IMG/VR virus record: IMGVR_UViG_2731957752_000002
Location: 1 to 64,000 of that record
DNA from: a virus
Lineage: Duplodnaviria; Caudoviricetes
Strand: one strand, 5' to 3'
DNA: 64,000 bases
Shown: piece by piece, positions 1 to 10,026 of the stretch
Position numbering within the stretch: the stretch's first letter is position 1
Layout: every line of letters starts with the position of its first letter
Made by a program: the position numbers and the translations under genes
Notes under the pieces: model-generated
Seen by the model: only the letters and a program-made list of their open reading frames with translations
Database searches by the model: none
What the model was told of the DNA's origin: nothing

Positions 1-486
1 TTAGCCGCGGGGAGATGCCCGCCGCGCAGCGGCGGTCGTCTTGCTCGCGGCTTTCTTTGTCGCCCGCGCTGGGCGAGGTGTCTCAGCGAGGGGTTCGGCG
101 TTTGCTTCGTCGATCTGGCGCGCGATCGTCGTGACACCGAGTCGGCGTGCGACCTCGACCACAAGGTCACTGTCCGTCAGCTGAAGAGCCGGATCTGTGG
201 TCGTGATCGCCTGTCCCAACTCTTTGGCTGTGGCGAAGCCGGCGGCGATGAAGACTTCCGGAATTGGTCGGTTGAATGTTTCGGCGATGGCGCGAGCCAG
301 CTCTACCTTCGGCTGGACGGGGTTGTTCTGCCAGTAGAAGATCGTCGATGGCCTGATGTCGAGTCGCTTCGCAAGTTGGGTGACCGAGTCGATGCCCTCC
401 ACATACATTAGGTTTTCGATCCATCTCCACCAGGGAGTGGGCGTGGCGCCCTCGCTGCTGTCTTCAGTTGTGGGCCGGTCGGTCAC
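1..486 (-). CDS. XRE-family HTH immunity repressor (CI-like)
   Basis: HTH 'SVTQLAKRLDIRPSTIFYWQNNPVQPKVELARAIAETFNRPIPEVFIAAG'; divergent from the early rightward operon. Confidence 0.8.
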   Translation of the reverse strand: MTDRPTTEDSSEGATPTPWWRWIENLMYVEGIDSVTQLAKRLDIRPSTIFYWQNNPVQPKVELARAIAETFNRPIPEVFIAAGFATAKELGQAITTTDPALQLTDSDLVVEVARRLGVTTIARQIDEANAEPLAETPRPARATKKAASKTTAAARRASPRG

Positions 487-710
487 TGGGTTGCCTTTCG
501 TCGCACATCTCTACTCGACGGTAGGGAAGTGATAGTGGACTGATGGTATCGCCAGACCATTGAATGCGACACACCCGAAACAACCGTCCAGGTGTGCACT
601 GGCTCACAGTCTATCGAAATGTGCTGGTAAACGCCATGCGGTGCATGCGAAGGCGTACTCCGGACGACTGAATGTCCGCACCGCCTTGTTGTGCAGTTCA
701 TGAAATACGA

Positions 711-739
711 TTGCATTCACTGGATGCGACACGTAGTCT
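711..739 (+). promoter_or_regulatory. Early rightward SigA-type promoter with overlapping palindromic operator
   Basis: TTGCAT(711-716)-17 nt-TAGTCT(734-739); imperfect palindrome GCATTCACTGGATGC at 713-727. Confidence 0.65.
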
Positions 740-819
740 GAAGTGGTCCGATACGAAAAATGCCCGTCCCCCACTGGCATGGGAGACGGGCTGACCTACC
801 ACGAAAGCGACCACGTGGC

Positions 820-1029
820 ATGTCCAAACCACACGATACCTCACTCGTCCAACGCGCCCTCAGCGCGCAAGACAGCGTCGGCTGGACCGACTTCTCCGAC
901 CACTCGGCAGCCGCACAGTCGGTGACCGACCTTGCTCGGTTCGTCACCGAACTCGCCCGCCGAGTGCAGCAGCAGGACGCTGAGATTACCTCTCTGCGCC
1001 GCCGCATCAAGGACGTGGAGCGCCCCTGA
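820..1029 (+). CDS. Hypothetical protein with C-terminal coiled coil
   Basis: ATG at 820 in ORF 760..1029; stop overlaps next ATG. Confidence 0.55.
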   Translation: MSKPHDTSLVQRALSAQDSVGWTDFSDHSAAAQSVTDLARFVTELARRVQQQDAEITSLRRRIKDVERP

Positions 1030-1145
1030 TGCGCAACCTCATCGAACACGTCATCGCCGCCGTCTCCGTCATCGCCTACGGGGCACTCCTCGGCTCTCTC
1101 GCCTGGCTCCTCGACTGGAGCGGAACCCTCTGGAGCACATGGTGA
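1029..1145 (+). CDS. Small membrane peptide (38 aa)
   Basis: MRNLIEHVIAAVSVIAYGALLGSLAWLLDWSGTLWSTW, read manually; coupled to both neighbours. Confidence 0.5.
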   Translation: MRNLIEHVIAAVSVIAYGALLGSLAWLLDWSGTLWSTW

Positions 1146-2062
1146 TTCGTGAACTCGACGGCATCGAACTTGCCGACATCATCGAACCCGGGTCACCCGA
1201 ATGGTGGTCACGCATGAGCGCGTCGAAAGTCTCAGCGGTGCTTGGCCTGTCGCGGTGGGAATCCCCGTTCTCCATCTGGCACAAGATGGCCGGACACATC
1301 CCAGACCTCGAACAGACCGAGGAACAAGCACGCGGCCACTACCTCGAACCTGCCATCGCCGCATGGTTCGCCGACCAGCACCCCGACTGGACCGTCCGCA
1401 AAACCGGAACCTGGCAACACCGTGCGCGCACCTGGCAGATCGCGTCACCAGACGCTGCCATCTGGGTACCCACGCGCGCCGGGCTGGAGATCCGTGTGGG
1501 GGAGTGGAAGACCGACGCCGACTCCGACACCGAGTGGGGTGAACCCGGAACCGACGAAATCCCGGTCGGCTACCGAGCCCAGGTCATGTGGACCATGGAC
1601 ACGATCGGCGCCCGGACCGCGCACGTCGCGATGCTCGGCGCCTACCTGTCGTTCCGCGAATACGTCGTCCACTACGACCCCAAAGAAGCGGCAGACATCC
1701 GCCAGCGCGTCACCGCGTTCATGGACAGCCTCCCAACCGGCGGTCGACCGCAACCGCCAGACCTGGATCGGCACACCGCCACCTACCAGACGGTGAGAGC
1801 GCTCAACCCCGACATCGTTGACGAAGAAGTCGAACTGACCGAAGCGACCGCACTCCGCTACCTCAACGCGATCGACGCCGAAGCCGACGCCATCGCCGAA
1901 CGCATCGGCGCCACAGCGCAACTCGCGCACGAAATCGGTGACGGACGCTACGGCCGATTCCGGGGCGTCAACATCGCCCGCCGCCAACAGAAACGAGGCG
2001 GCACACCCTTCGTCACCCAAACCCGGAAACGCCCCGAACTTCACCACGGAGAAGCAGCATGA
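1139..2062 (+). CDS. YqaJ-like / lambda-exonuclease-family recombination exonuclease (RecE-like)
   Basis: SASKVSAVLGLSRWESPFSIW, RGHYLEPAI, ASPDA, EWKT, YRAQVMW motifs; upstream of RecT. Confidence 0.92.
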   Translation: MVIRELDGIELADIIEPGSPEWWSRMSASKVSAVLGLSRWESPFSIWHKMAGHIPDLEQTEEQARGHYLEPAIAAWFADQHPDWTVRKTGTWQHRARTWQIASPDAAIWVPTRAGLEIRVGEWKTDADSDTEWGEPGTDEIPVGYRAQVMWTMDTIGARTAHVAMLGAYLSFREYVVHYDPKEAADIRQRVTAFMDSLPTGGRPQPPDLDRHTATYQTVRALNPDIVDEEVELTEATALRYLNAIDAEADAIAERIGATAQLAHEIGDGRYGRFRGVNIARRQQKRGGTPFVTQTRKRPELHHGEAA

Positions 2063-2928
2063 CCACCTCAACCTCTCAGGCCGTCGCCAAACAGGACCAC
2101 TCGCCGCGCGGAATGATCGCCCAATACCAGGGCGACTTCGCGCAGGTCATGCCCTCCCACATCCGACCCGAAACCTGGGTCAGGATCGCGCAAGGCGCCC
2201 TGAAGAAGGGCAAGAAGCAGGGCGACTACTACGAACTCGAAATCGCAGCCATGAACAACCCCGGCGTTTTCATGGCCGCCCTGCTCGACGCCGCCCGCCT
2301 CGGCCTCGAACCAGGGACGGAGGAATTTTGGCTTACGCCCCGAAAGGTCAAGGGCCGCCTGGAAATCCTCGGCATCCCTGGCTACCGGGGGATCATCAAG
2401 CTCATCTACAACGCGGGCTTCGTTTCGTCCGTTGTTGCCGAATGCGTGTACTCCAACGACCGGTTCACCTACCACCCCGGACGTGACCAGTACCCGCAAC
2501 ACGAAATCGACTGGGACTCCGAAGACCGCGGCAAGCTGCGTCTCGTCTATGCGTACGCGCGGATGAAGGATGGCTCTTACTCGAAGGTTGTCGTGCTGAA
2601 CCGCCACGACATCAAGCGGATCAAGGAATCGTCGCAGGGCTCGAACTCCGAGTACTCGCCGTGGCAGAAGCATGAGGCCGCGATGTGGCTCAAGTCCGCG
2701 GTGCGGCAGCTCGCGAAGTGGGTTCCGACGTCCACCGAGATCCGCAACGACGCGAAGGTCGTCGAGTCCAAGCGGGTTCAGCAGGAGGAGTTCACGGCAC
2801 CTGCCTTGGTGGAAGCCGACCCGGTCTTGGAAGGCGAACTCGTCGACGACGGGGTGACCGACGCGCCGGCCGCCTACTACGAGGACGCCGCCGACGGTGG
2901 CATGTTCCCGCCGGACCCGGAGGCGTGA
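2059..2928 (+). CDS. recT: RecT-family ssDNA annealing recombinase
   Basis: AARLGLEPG, GYRGIIKL, YAYARMKDG, SPWQKHEAAMWLKSAVRQLAKWVP. Confidence 0.93.
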   Translation: MTTSTSQAVAKQDHSPRGMIAQYQGDFAQVMPSHIRPETWVRIAQGALKKGKKQGDYYELEIAAMNNPGVFMAALLDAARLGLEPGTEEFWLTPRKVKGRLEILGIPGYRGIIKLIYNAGFVSSVVAECVYSNDRFTYHPGRDQYPQHEIDWDSEDRGKLRLVYAYARMKDGSYSKVVVLNRHDIKRIKESSQGSNSEYSPWQKHEAAMWLKSAVRQLAKWVPTSTEIRNDAKVVESKRVQQEEFTAPALVEADPVLEGELVDDGVTDAPAAYYEDAADGGMFPPDPEA

Positions 2929-2931
2929 GCC

Positions 2932-3150
2932 GTGAACGTTGTGAACCTCGATCCCCCAGAGGCAGGCGCCTGGCTCGTGTTCCCAGAAGCGGGGAAGCGG
3001 GCCGGGGAAGGCGGCGACTGCTACCAAGTCACCTACTTCGATGACGAACTCGCAGCCCTCCGCTACGCCAACCAGCGCAACGGATATCGCGCAGTGCCGA
3101 TCAAGCCAGGCCAAACGATCCTCGACGCGATCGGAGCAACCTTTGACTAG
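2932..3150 (+). CDS. Hypothetical protein
   Basis: Fills gap between recT and exonuclease. Confidence 0.55.
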   Translation: MNVVNLDPPEAGAWLVFPEAGKRAGEGGDCYQVTYFDDELAALRYANQRNGYRAVPIKPGQTILDAIGATFD

Positions 3151-3835
3151 TTGGACAACCATGCCCCTCGCGGCCTTCGATTTGGAGACGACGGGAATAT
3201 CGGTCGAGTCCGACCGCATCGTCACCGCATCCATCGTGCGCATCGACGGCGGGGATGTCCGGGCGCGCAATTGGATCGCGCATCCCGGCATCCCTATCCC
3301 GCCGGCATCCACAGAGGTACACGGCATCACCGATGAGTACGTCGAGAAGCATGGCCGTCCGCACGCGGATGTGGTGTCGGAAGTGGTGTCCGAGCTGTAC
3401 GCCTGCTGGGCTGAGGGCCGATGCGTCGCTGTCTACAACGGCAGCTTCGATCTCAGCCTGTTGGCCACGCATGCACCCGATTTCGAGGTCCGCGGCCTCG
3501 TGGTGGATGGCTTTGTGCTGGACAAGCACTACGACAAGTACCGCAAGGGTTCCCGGAAGCTGTCCGCAGTGTGCATCCATTACGGCATCCGATTGGATGA
3601 CGCCCACGATGCGCAAGCGGATGCGACCGCGGCGGCACGGCTGGCGTGGAAGCTGCCGCGCGTCTTCCCCGAGCTTGCCGCCTACACCGCATCAGATCTG
3701 ATGCGCGCACAAGAGAGCTGGTACCGCGAACAGGCGCACAGCCTCATCGACTACCTCCGCCGCAACGACCGGCCGTTCGAGGACGTCCGTGCCGATTGGC
3801 CCATCGCACGAGCAACCGAAAGCAAAGCAGCATGA
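3143..3835 (+). CDS. DnaQ-like DEDDh 3'-5' exonuclease
   Basis: AFDLETTG, VHGIT, YNGSFDL, AHDAQADA; TTG start at 3143 after GGAG. Confidence 0.92.
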   Translation: MTSWTTMPLAAFDLETTGISVESDRIVTASIVRIDGGDVRARNWIAHPGIPIPPASTEVHGITDEYVEKHGRPHADVVSEVVSELYACWAEGRCVAVYNGSFDLSLLATHAPDFEVRGLVVDGFVLDKHYDKYRKGSRKLSAVCIHYGIRLDDAHDAQADATAAARLAWKLPRVFPELAAYTASDLMRAQESWYREQAHSLIDYLRRNDRPFEDVRADWPIARATESKAA

Positions 3836-4689
3836 GCAAGCGTCACGAACTTGAGTGGAGACAGCCCACCGCCGTGGGGCGCCGGAAGTCGACCCAGCCG
3901 CGGCTCGGGAAACCGAAGGCGCAGAAACGAGCACGACTCCGCGAGGCGCGAGGGATCCCCCGCATGGTTCCAGCCGCGCGGCCCGCGGCCCATGCCCGCC
4001 AGCTCCGCGCATGGGGATTCAGCGACTTCGCGATCGCGGCTGCCGCTGGAATCGACCAGAAGGCAGTGTGGAATATCCGCCACGAAAGCTACGAAACGAC
4101 CACGATCGACTGCGCCGCTCGAATCATGTCGGTCACGCATGTTCCGGTGCCTAGCCAAACCGGTATGAAGGTGCCCAGTGTCGGCACTCAACGCCGAATC
4201 CAAGCACTTGGCGCAATCGGGTGGCGCCACGACGACATCGCAGCACTCCTCACGGTTTCCCCTAGGCAAGTTGGCCTGTACGCGCAGCGTCGCTGGGTCT
4301 TCTTCGAGACCTGGCAAGCGATCAAGAACATCTACGACAAGTTGTCCGGCACACCAGGTCCCAGCCGACTCGGTGAACTGAAGGCCCGCAAACGCGGCTA
4401 CGCGACACCGCTCGCGTGGGAAGGCCGCGACATCGACCATCCCGACCACCAGCCGGACATGAGCGCCAGCGACAGCGGCGAACAACCCGACCTCGTTTTG
4501 GTAGAACGCATCCTCGCTGGCGAACACCGAGGCGACATACCGAAGGCCGAACGCCAAGCGGTTCTCGACCACGCGGTCTCCAACGGCTGGACCTATCCCC
4601 GGCTCAGCAAAGCCATGAACATGACCCCGCAGACCGCAGACCGGGCATTGGTTCGTCACCGTAAGAAGATTCGAGAGGCGGCAGCATGA
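3832..4689 (+). CDS. Multi-HTH DNA-binding protein (paralog A)
   Basis: HTH-like segments; RRIQALGAIGW, YDKLSGTPGPS, PLAWEGRDIDHP shared with next gene. Confidence 0.7.
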   Translation: MSKRHELEWRQPTAVGRRKSTQPRLGKPKAQKRARLREARGIPRMVPAARPAAHARQLRAWGFSDFAIAAAAGIDQKAVWNIRHESYETTTIDCAARIMSVTHVPVPSQTGMKVPSVGTQRRIQALGAIGWRHDDIAALLTVSPRQVGLYAQRRWVFFETWQAIKNIYDKLSGTPGPSRLGELKARKRGYATPLAWEGRDIDHPDHQPDMSASDSGEQPDLVLVERILAGEHRGDIPKAERQAVLDHAVSNGWTYPRLSKAMNMTPQTADRALVRHRKKIREAAA

Positions 4690-5495
4690 GCCAGCTCAGC
4701 TACCGATCGAAGCTGAACAAGCTGTACGAATGGCGGAAACTCAACGGAATCCCTTCCGTCGTCGATGCCACACCCATCCTCGCGCACATCCTTGAGCTGA
4801 AAGCCCTCGGACTCACCGACTCGATGATCGCACGCGCAGCTGAATGCTCTTCGCGGTCAATCGGATTCATTGTGGACGGCACAACCAAAGTGGTGCGTGT
4901 ACCGCTGGCCGGACGAATCCTTGCCGTCAACCACCTGCCCGACCCTCGCCAACATTGGGTGCTTACTGTAGGCGCCCGGCGCCGCATCCGTGCGCTCTCA
5001 GCCATCGGGTGGCCCACCAAAATGTTGGCGTCACGCCTCGGTATGTCGAGCCGTCACAAGCTCAACGAATCCATCAAATCCGGCTACATGACCTACACCC
5101 GCTGGGCGCAGATTCGAGACCTCTACGACGAGCTGTCCGGCACACCAGGTCCGAGCCCCAAAAGCGTCGAACGCTCGCAGCAACTCATGCACGCACCACC
5201 GCTGGCCTGGGACGGGATCGACATCGACCACCCGCACAGCCAGCCGAACTGGCAAGCCATGGGAGTGAAACTCGCTGACCGCCCTGTGTGCGTCAAGGGC
5301 CACCAGTACACCCCAGAAAACACCGGCCGCGACGATCGCGGAAACCGGTACTGCCGCATCTGCCGCCGCAACTCCAACGCACGTCGACGTGCGGAAATAG
5401 CCGCACAGAAGGCGGCAGGACGACAGGAAAGCCGGTTGGACAAGCCGAATAGGCTGAAAGCAATTGAGGCACGCGAAAATACGCATTGCGCCTGA
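4686..5495 (+). CDS. Multi-HTH DNA-binding protein with C-terminal Zn ribbon (paralog B)
   Basis: RRIRALSAIGW, YDELSGTPGPS, PLAWDGIDIDHP; CVKGHQYTPEN...YCRIC. Confidence 0.7.
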   Translation: MSQLSYRSKLNKLYEWRKLNGIPSVVDATPILAHILELKALGLTDSMIARAAECSSRSIGFIVDGTTKVVRVPLAGRILAVNHLPDPRQHWVLTVGARRRIRALSAIGWPTKMLASRLGMSSRHKLNESIKSGYMTYTRWAQIRDLYDELSGTPGPSPKSVERSQQLMHAPPLAWDGIDIDHPHSQPNWQAMGVKLADRPVCVKGHQYTPENTGRDDRGNRYCRICRRNSNARRRAEIAAQKAAGRQESRLDKPNRLKAIEARENTHCA

Positions 5496-5507
5496 GCCCT
5501 TAAAGCA

Positions 5508-5541
5508 GTTCAGCCCCCCACTGCCACATGGGGGGCTGAAC
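5508..5541. terminator. 13-bp GC-rich hairpin, probable terminator
   Basis: GTTCAGCCCCCCA-ctgccaca-TGGGGGGCTGAAC just after stop at 5495. Confidence 0.6.
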
Positions 5542-5623
5542 AAAGTCTCACGCATTACCGGATGCGTGACGCCGAACCGTAGGAGTGCGGTCGGCATACG
5601 GCCCATGGGAGGGGCCATACACC

Positions 5624-5905
5624 ATGATTCTACCATCTGACCGCCGCATCACCCAGATGACCGCGGCGCACATTCAGAACCTCTTCCGCGACATCGCAAC
5701 CCACTACGGGCACACCATCGACGCGCGTGACGCACCCGTGTGGCTCGCCGAAGCCCACCGCGCATGGACCTGGAACGGGGCAGTCGCCGACTGGGACCTC
5801 GTCCACGCCATCGACGACTACTTCAAAGCCGGGAACGCTGAGCCGATTACGCCGGCGGCGATCACCGCAATCATCCGCTCCTACTACGGGCAGGGGGCTG
5901 CGTGA
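5624..5905 (+). CDS. Hypothetical protein upstream of replication initiator
   Basis: GGGAGG SD before ATG 5624; GTGA overlap with next gene. Confidence 0.6.
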   Translation: MILPSDRRITQMTAAHIQNLFRDIATHYGHTIDARDAPVWLAEAHRAWTWNGAVADWDLVHAIDDYFKAGNAEPITPAAITAIIRSYYGQGAA

Positions 5906-6750
5906 GCATTCAAGCGACCCGATGGGCTGCACGCAAAGTACTCATCGAAGACGGGACGCTGAAATGCGTCCTGCTGATCATGGCCGACGCCGCGGGCAAA
6001 CACGGCGAAGGTGTCTGGCTGTCGCAAGAAACGCTCGCCTCCCGGACCGGATTCACCGACCGAACCATCCGGCGCTCGCTCGACAAACTCAAGGCGCTCG
6101 GCCTGATCCGGCCCGGAAACCCCGACCTCGTCGCCCACCTCCCCAAGGATGAACGACCTCTCGTCTGGAACCTGGTGCTGACGCGCACGATCGACCAGGG
6201 CGAAGTACAGCGCACGCCACGCAAGCTCACCAGAAAGACCGCCACACCCCCGGACACTGAGTCCAAAAAGGACCGGACACTGAGTCCAAAAGGACCGGAC
6301 ACTGAGTCCAAAACCCCCGGACTCAGTGTCCGACAAAGCGTTAATGAAGCGTTAGTAGAAGCAAAGCGCGTTCGCGAACCGCGTCAGTCACCGCTCCTCG
6401 CCCTCGTGCCCGACCTCGCACAGACGGTCGAGGAAACAGACCTCTTCGAGAAGTTCTGGGACGCCTACCCCAAACACGCCAAACGCGACGACGCTCGCAA
6501 AGCCTGGGACGAAGCCATCAGCAGCGGCGCTGACCCCCAAGCCGTCATCGACGCAGCAGCCCGGTTCGCCGCAGACCCCGAAACCCAGCAGCTCATGAAC
6601 AACCCCGAAAAGCGGCGCTACGTGCAATTCGCACGCACCTGGCTCAACGACCACGCCTGGAAAGACTGGAGCACCCCCCTCCGCGCAGTCTCCGGCGACA
6701 ACTACCAGCAGCCGCGGCGCCCCATCAACCCCAACTGGCAAGAGATCTGA
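5902..6750 (+). CDS. Phage replication initiator (N-terminal winged HTH, lambda O-like organisation)
   Basis: LSQETLASRTGFTDRTIRRSLDKLKALGLI wHTH; FEKFWDAYPK...ARTWLND C-domain; internal iterons. Confidence 0.85.
   Translation: MSIQATRWAARKVLIEDGTLKCVLLIMADAAGKHGEGVWLSQETLASRTGFTDRTIRRSLDKLKALGLIRPGNPDLVAHLPKDERPLVWNLVLTRTIDQGEVQRTPRKLTRKTATPPDTESKKDRTLSPKGPDTESKTPGLSVRQSVNEALVEAKRVREPRQSPLLALVPDLAQTVEETDLFEKFWDAYPKHAKRDDARKAWDEAISSGADPQAVIDAAARFAADPETQQLMNNPEKRRYVQFARTWLNDHAWKDWSTPLRAVSGDNYQQPRRPINPNWQEI
6250..6332. repeat. Iteron array, probable replication origin
   Basis: CCGGACACTGAGTCC at 6250, 6273 and 6295, inverted GGACTCAGTGTCCG at 6319-6332, then an A-rich tract. Confidence 0.85.
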
Positions 6751-6759
6751 GGCCACGCC

Positions 6760-8064
6760 ATGACCGAGAACCTCACCTACGACTACACCGCCGAACAAGC
6801 CGTCATCGGCGCCGTCATGCTCGCCCCCGAACAGACTGCCACCCACTTCCTCGGCATCCGGCCAGAAGACTGGTACACCCCCGTCTTCCGCGACACAGCC
6901 GCCGTCATCCGCGGTCTCATGGCCGACGGCAAACCCATCGAACCCGCAACCGTCCTCGTCGAAGCCCAAAACCGTGGCCTCGTCGGCCGCAAGATCCAAC
7001 CAGTCGCGCTCTTCGAAGCCCAGCAAGCCGCCGCCGTTCCCGCCTCCGTGCCCGTCCTCGCCGAACGCATCCGCAACCTCTCCGCCGCCCGCAAACTCTC
7101 CGAAACCGGCATCCGCCTCGCCCAACGCATGGACAGCGCCTGGACCTCAGGCGCCGACCGCGCCGACATCGACGACGCCATCGCCGCCACCCGCCGCGCA
7201 TGCGACGAAGCCGAACAAATCGCCGCCGACCCCACCAGCAACCCACCAACACCCATGGGCGACTTCCTCGCCCAACCCTCACACCACAACTGGATCGTCC
7301 CCGGCCTCCTCGAACGCATGGACCGCATCGTCCTCACCGGAGCCGAAGGCGGCGGCAAAAGTGTCCTCTGCACACAAATAGCGACCACCCTCGCCGCGGG
7401 ACTTCACCCGTTCACCGGAAACCTCCTCGGCTCAGACGGATACCGGGCGCGCGTCCTCGTGATCGACTGCGAGAACAGCCCGTCCCAATCCCGGCGCCGC
7501 TACAAATGGGTCACCCGCATGGTCAACGACCGGCGCACCAACCACGGACTCCAACCAGTCGACTGGAACGAGTCGATGAGCATCGAAGTCCGCCCCGCCG
7601 GCATCGACCTCCGCGCAGGCGACGACGCTGCATGGCTCGAACGCGCCATCGCCGACACAAACCCCGACCTTCTCGTCCTCGGCCCGCTCTACAAACTCCA
7701 CCGCATGAACCCCAACGACGAGCAGCCCGCGCGAGACGTTGTCTGGGTGCTTGACGGACTCCGCGAACGGTACGGGTTCGCGCTCCTCACCGAAGCCCAC
7801 GCAGGCAAATCCACCACAGGCGACGGACGCCGCAACATGTCGCCCATCGGCGCAAGCCTGTGGCTGCGCTGGAGCGAATTCGGATTCGGGCTCGCCCGCG
7901 CAGCCGACGACCCCGGCAAAGGCCGCGCCGAAATCGTCGACGTCGTGTCCTGGCGAGGCGCCCGAGAAGAACGCGACTGGCCGTCGAAACTCCAGTTCTC
8001 CCACATCCTTCCGTGGATGCCCTCCGACCCCGACTACTACGACCAGGCAAGGCGGTCGCAGTGA
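6760..8064 (+). CDS. DnaB-like replicative helicase (SF4/RecA-type ATPase)
   Basis: AEQAVIGAVML DnaB-N motif; Walker A GAEGGGKS; VLVIDCEN. Confidence 0.88.
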   Translation: MTENLTYDYTAEQAVIGAVMLAPEQTATHFLGIRPEDWYTPVFRDTAAVIRGLMADGKPIEPATVLVEAQNRGLVGRKIQPVALFEAQQAAAVPASVPVLAERIRNLSAARKLSETGIRLAQRMDSAWTSGADRADIDDAIAATRRACDEAEQIAADPTSNPPTPMGDFLAQPSHHNWIVPGLLERMDRIVLTGAEGGGKSVLCTQIATTLAAGLHPFTGNLLGSDGYRARVLVIDCENSPSQSRRRYKWVTRMVNDRRTNHGLQPVDWNESMSIEVRPAGIDLRAGDDAAWLERAIADTNPDLLVLGPLYKLHRMNPNDEQPARDVVWVLDGLRERYGFALLTEAHAGKSTTGDGRRNMSPIGASLWLRWSEFGFGLARAADDPGKGRAEIVDVVSWRGAREERDWPSKLQFSHILPWMPSDPDYYDQARRSQ

Positions 8065-8270
8065 CCGTCACGCCACCACCATGCAACGGCGCAGTAATCG
8101 TCGGCGTCGTCGAAGCCTTCGCCCGACACTGGCCCCACCTCAAACCGCCCATGTTCCGCGCCGACGACGTCCTCCCACTCCTCGCCGGCAACGACCGCGA
8201 ATACAACGCCGCATCAGCACTACTCGAAGCCGAACGCGTCCACTACCAGCCAGGGCAAGAACCAGATTGA
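8061..8270 (+). CDS. Hypothetical protein
   Basis: GTGA overlap with helicase stop. Confidence 0.5.
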   Translation: MTVTPPPCNGAVIVGVVEAFARHWPHLKPPMFRADDVLPLLAGNDREYNAASALLEAERVHYQPGQEPD

Positions 8271-8550
8271 CAACACATCGATACTCAACTCAACCCAACC
8301 AGACTCGTCGGCAAACGGACAGCAGCAAGACCAAAACAACTGCGTATGGCGTACGCAATTCGTGGCGGACGCAGTTTTCTCCGACCGGCCTCTATATGCC
8401 GCTACAGCCCACCGAAACCCTCTCCCGGCCACTCGGATACCAGACGGCCCTGAAAGTCGCTCCTACCGCCTCCTGCGGACTCAAGAATGAGGTTCCTGAT
8501 TTGCCTGCCCGACTGACTCCCGCCGAAACCGCCGTTGAGGCGGTGGCGGC

Positions 8551-10026
8551 ATGACGCTCACGGTGACCGACCTGTTCGCCGGATCCGGTGGTTCGTCGAC
8601 CGGACTGGCTGACGTGCCCGGCCTCGAACTGGTCCTCGCGATGAACCATTGGCAGCTGGCGATCGACACACACGCGTCGAATCACCCGCGCGCCGACCAC
8701 AAGTGCGCCGACATCTCGCAGTATGACCCGCGGTTGGCGCCGCGCACGGACATCTTGTGGGCGTCGCCGTCCTGCACTCACCACAGTCAGGCGTCGGGCA
8801 AGAAACGCAACCATGGTGCCGCGGCCGGTGACCGGCAGCCGGACCTGTTCGGGGAGATCCTGCCCGACGAGGCTGCCGAGCGGTCGCGGGCGACGATGTG
8901 GGATGTGTTGCGGTTCACCGAGCTTCACCGGTACCGGGCGGTGATCGTGGAGAACGTTGTCGACGTCATGCAGTGGGTGATGTTCCCGGCGTGGCGGCAA
9001 GCCTGGGGTCTGCTCGGGTACGAGATCCGGTTTGTGTTCATGAACTCGATGCATGCCCAGGCTGGGGGAGTGCCGGCGCCGCAGTCTCGGGATCGCTGGT
9101 ATGCGGTGGCGTGGCCGAAGGGGAATCGGGCGCCGGATTTGGAGAAGTGGACGCGCCCGCGCGCCTGGTGTGTGACCTGCGATGAGTGGGTGTACGCGGT
9201 GAAGTCGTGGAAGCGTCCCGATCGGGAGCCGTGGGGCCGTTACCGGGCCCAGTATGTGTGGCGTTGCCCGCGTGTGAAGTGCCGTAATTCGGTGATCGAA
9301 CCTGGTTGGTTGCCTGCTGCGTCGGCGATTGACTGGACGTTGCCTGGTGAGCGGATCGGTGACCGTGTGAAGCCGTTGGCGGAGAAGACGATGGCCCGTA
9401 TTTGTGCCGGGCTGAGCAAGTTCTATGGGTCAGCGGACGGCTTGTTGGTGCCTGCGGGTGGGTCGTGGAACGAGACCGCGTATCCGTTGACGGAGGCGAT
9501 GCGGACCCGTACGACTCGCGAGTCTGAAGGACTGTTGATTCCGGTGGAGGGTCGTGACGGGAAGGTCGCTGGGCATGTGCGGGAGCCGTTGCGGACCCAA
9601 ACCGCCCGCAACGAAACCGGGCTTCTGGTGCCGTATTACGGCAACGGCAACGCGGCTACCACGAGCGAACCGGATCGCACGATGACGACTCACGACCGGT
9701 ATGCGTTCGTGGTTCCGTTGCGGAACAACAACACCCCGAAGTCCGTGCGGGATCCGTTGGACACGTTCGCTGCCGCGGGCAACCATCACGCGCTCGCGAC
9801 GACCGCCGTTCCTAATATCGAGGACTGCATGTTCCGCATGCTCACCCCGGACGAGATCAAGCGCGGTATGGCCTTCCCTGACGACTACACGCTTCTCGGC
9901 AACAAGCGCGAGAAGGTGCGGTTGTGCGGCAACGCGGTCACTCCTCCTGCTGCACGCGATCTCGGCGCCGCGGTCGCGGAATCCCTCGGGCATGTGGTCG
10001 GCGAACCAGCGGCGGTGGCGGCGTGA
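8551..10026 (+). CDS. DNA (cytosine-5)-methyltransferase
   Basis: DLFAGSGG (I), SPSC (IV), ENV (VI), QSRDR (VIII), RMLTPDEIKRGMAFP and GNAVTP (IX/X). Confidence 0.95.
   Translation: MTLTVTDLFAGSGGSSTGLADVPGLELVLAMNHWQLAIDTHASNHPRADHKCADISQYDPRLAPRTDILWASPSCTHHSQASGKKRNHGAAAGDRQPDLFGEILPDEAAERSRATMWDVLRFTELHRYRAVIVENVVDVMQWVMFPAWRQAWGLLGYEIRFVFMNSMHAQAGGVPAPQSRDRWYAVAWPKGNRAPDLEKWTRPRAWCVTCDEWVYAVKSWKRPDREPWGRYRAQYVWRCPRVKCRNSVIEPGWLPAASAIDWTLPGERIGDRVKPLAEKTMARICAGLSKFYGSADGLLVPAGGSWNETAYPLTEAMRTRTTRESEGLLIPVEGRDGKVAGHVREPLRTQTARNETGLLVPYYGNGNAATTSEPDRTMTTHDRYAFVVPLRNNNTPKSVRDPLDTFAAAGNHHALATTAVPNIEDCMFRMLTPDEIKRGMAFPDDYTLLGNKREKVRLCGNAVTPPAARDLGAAVAESLGHVVGEPAAVAA

Noticed and set aside
8551-10026. 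Restriction-modification system
   Set aside because: No adjacent endonuclease; orphan C5 and N6A methyltransferases are common phage anti-restriction genes
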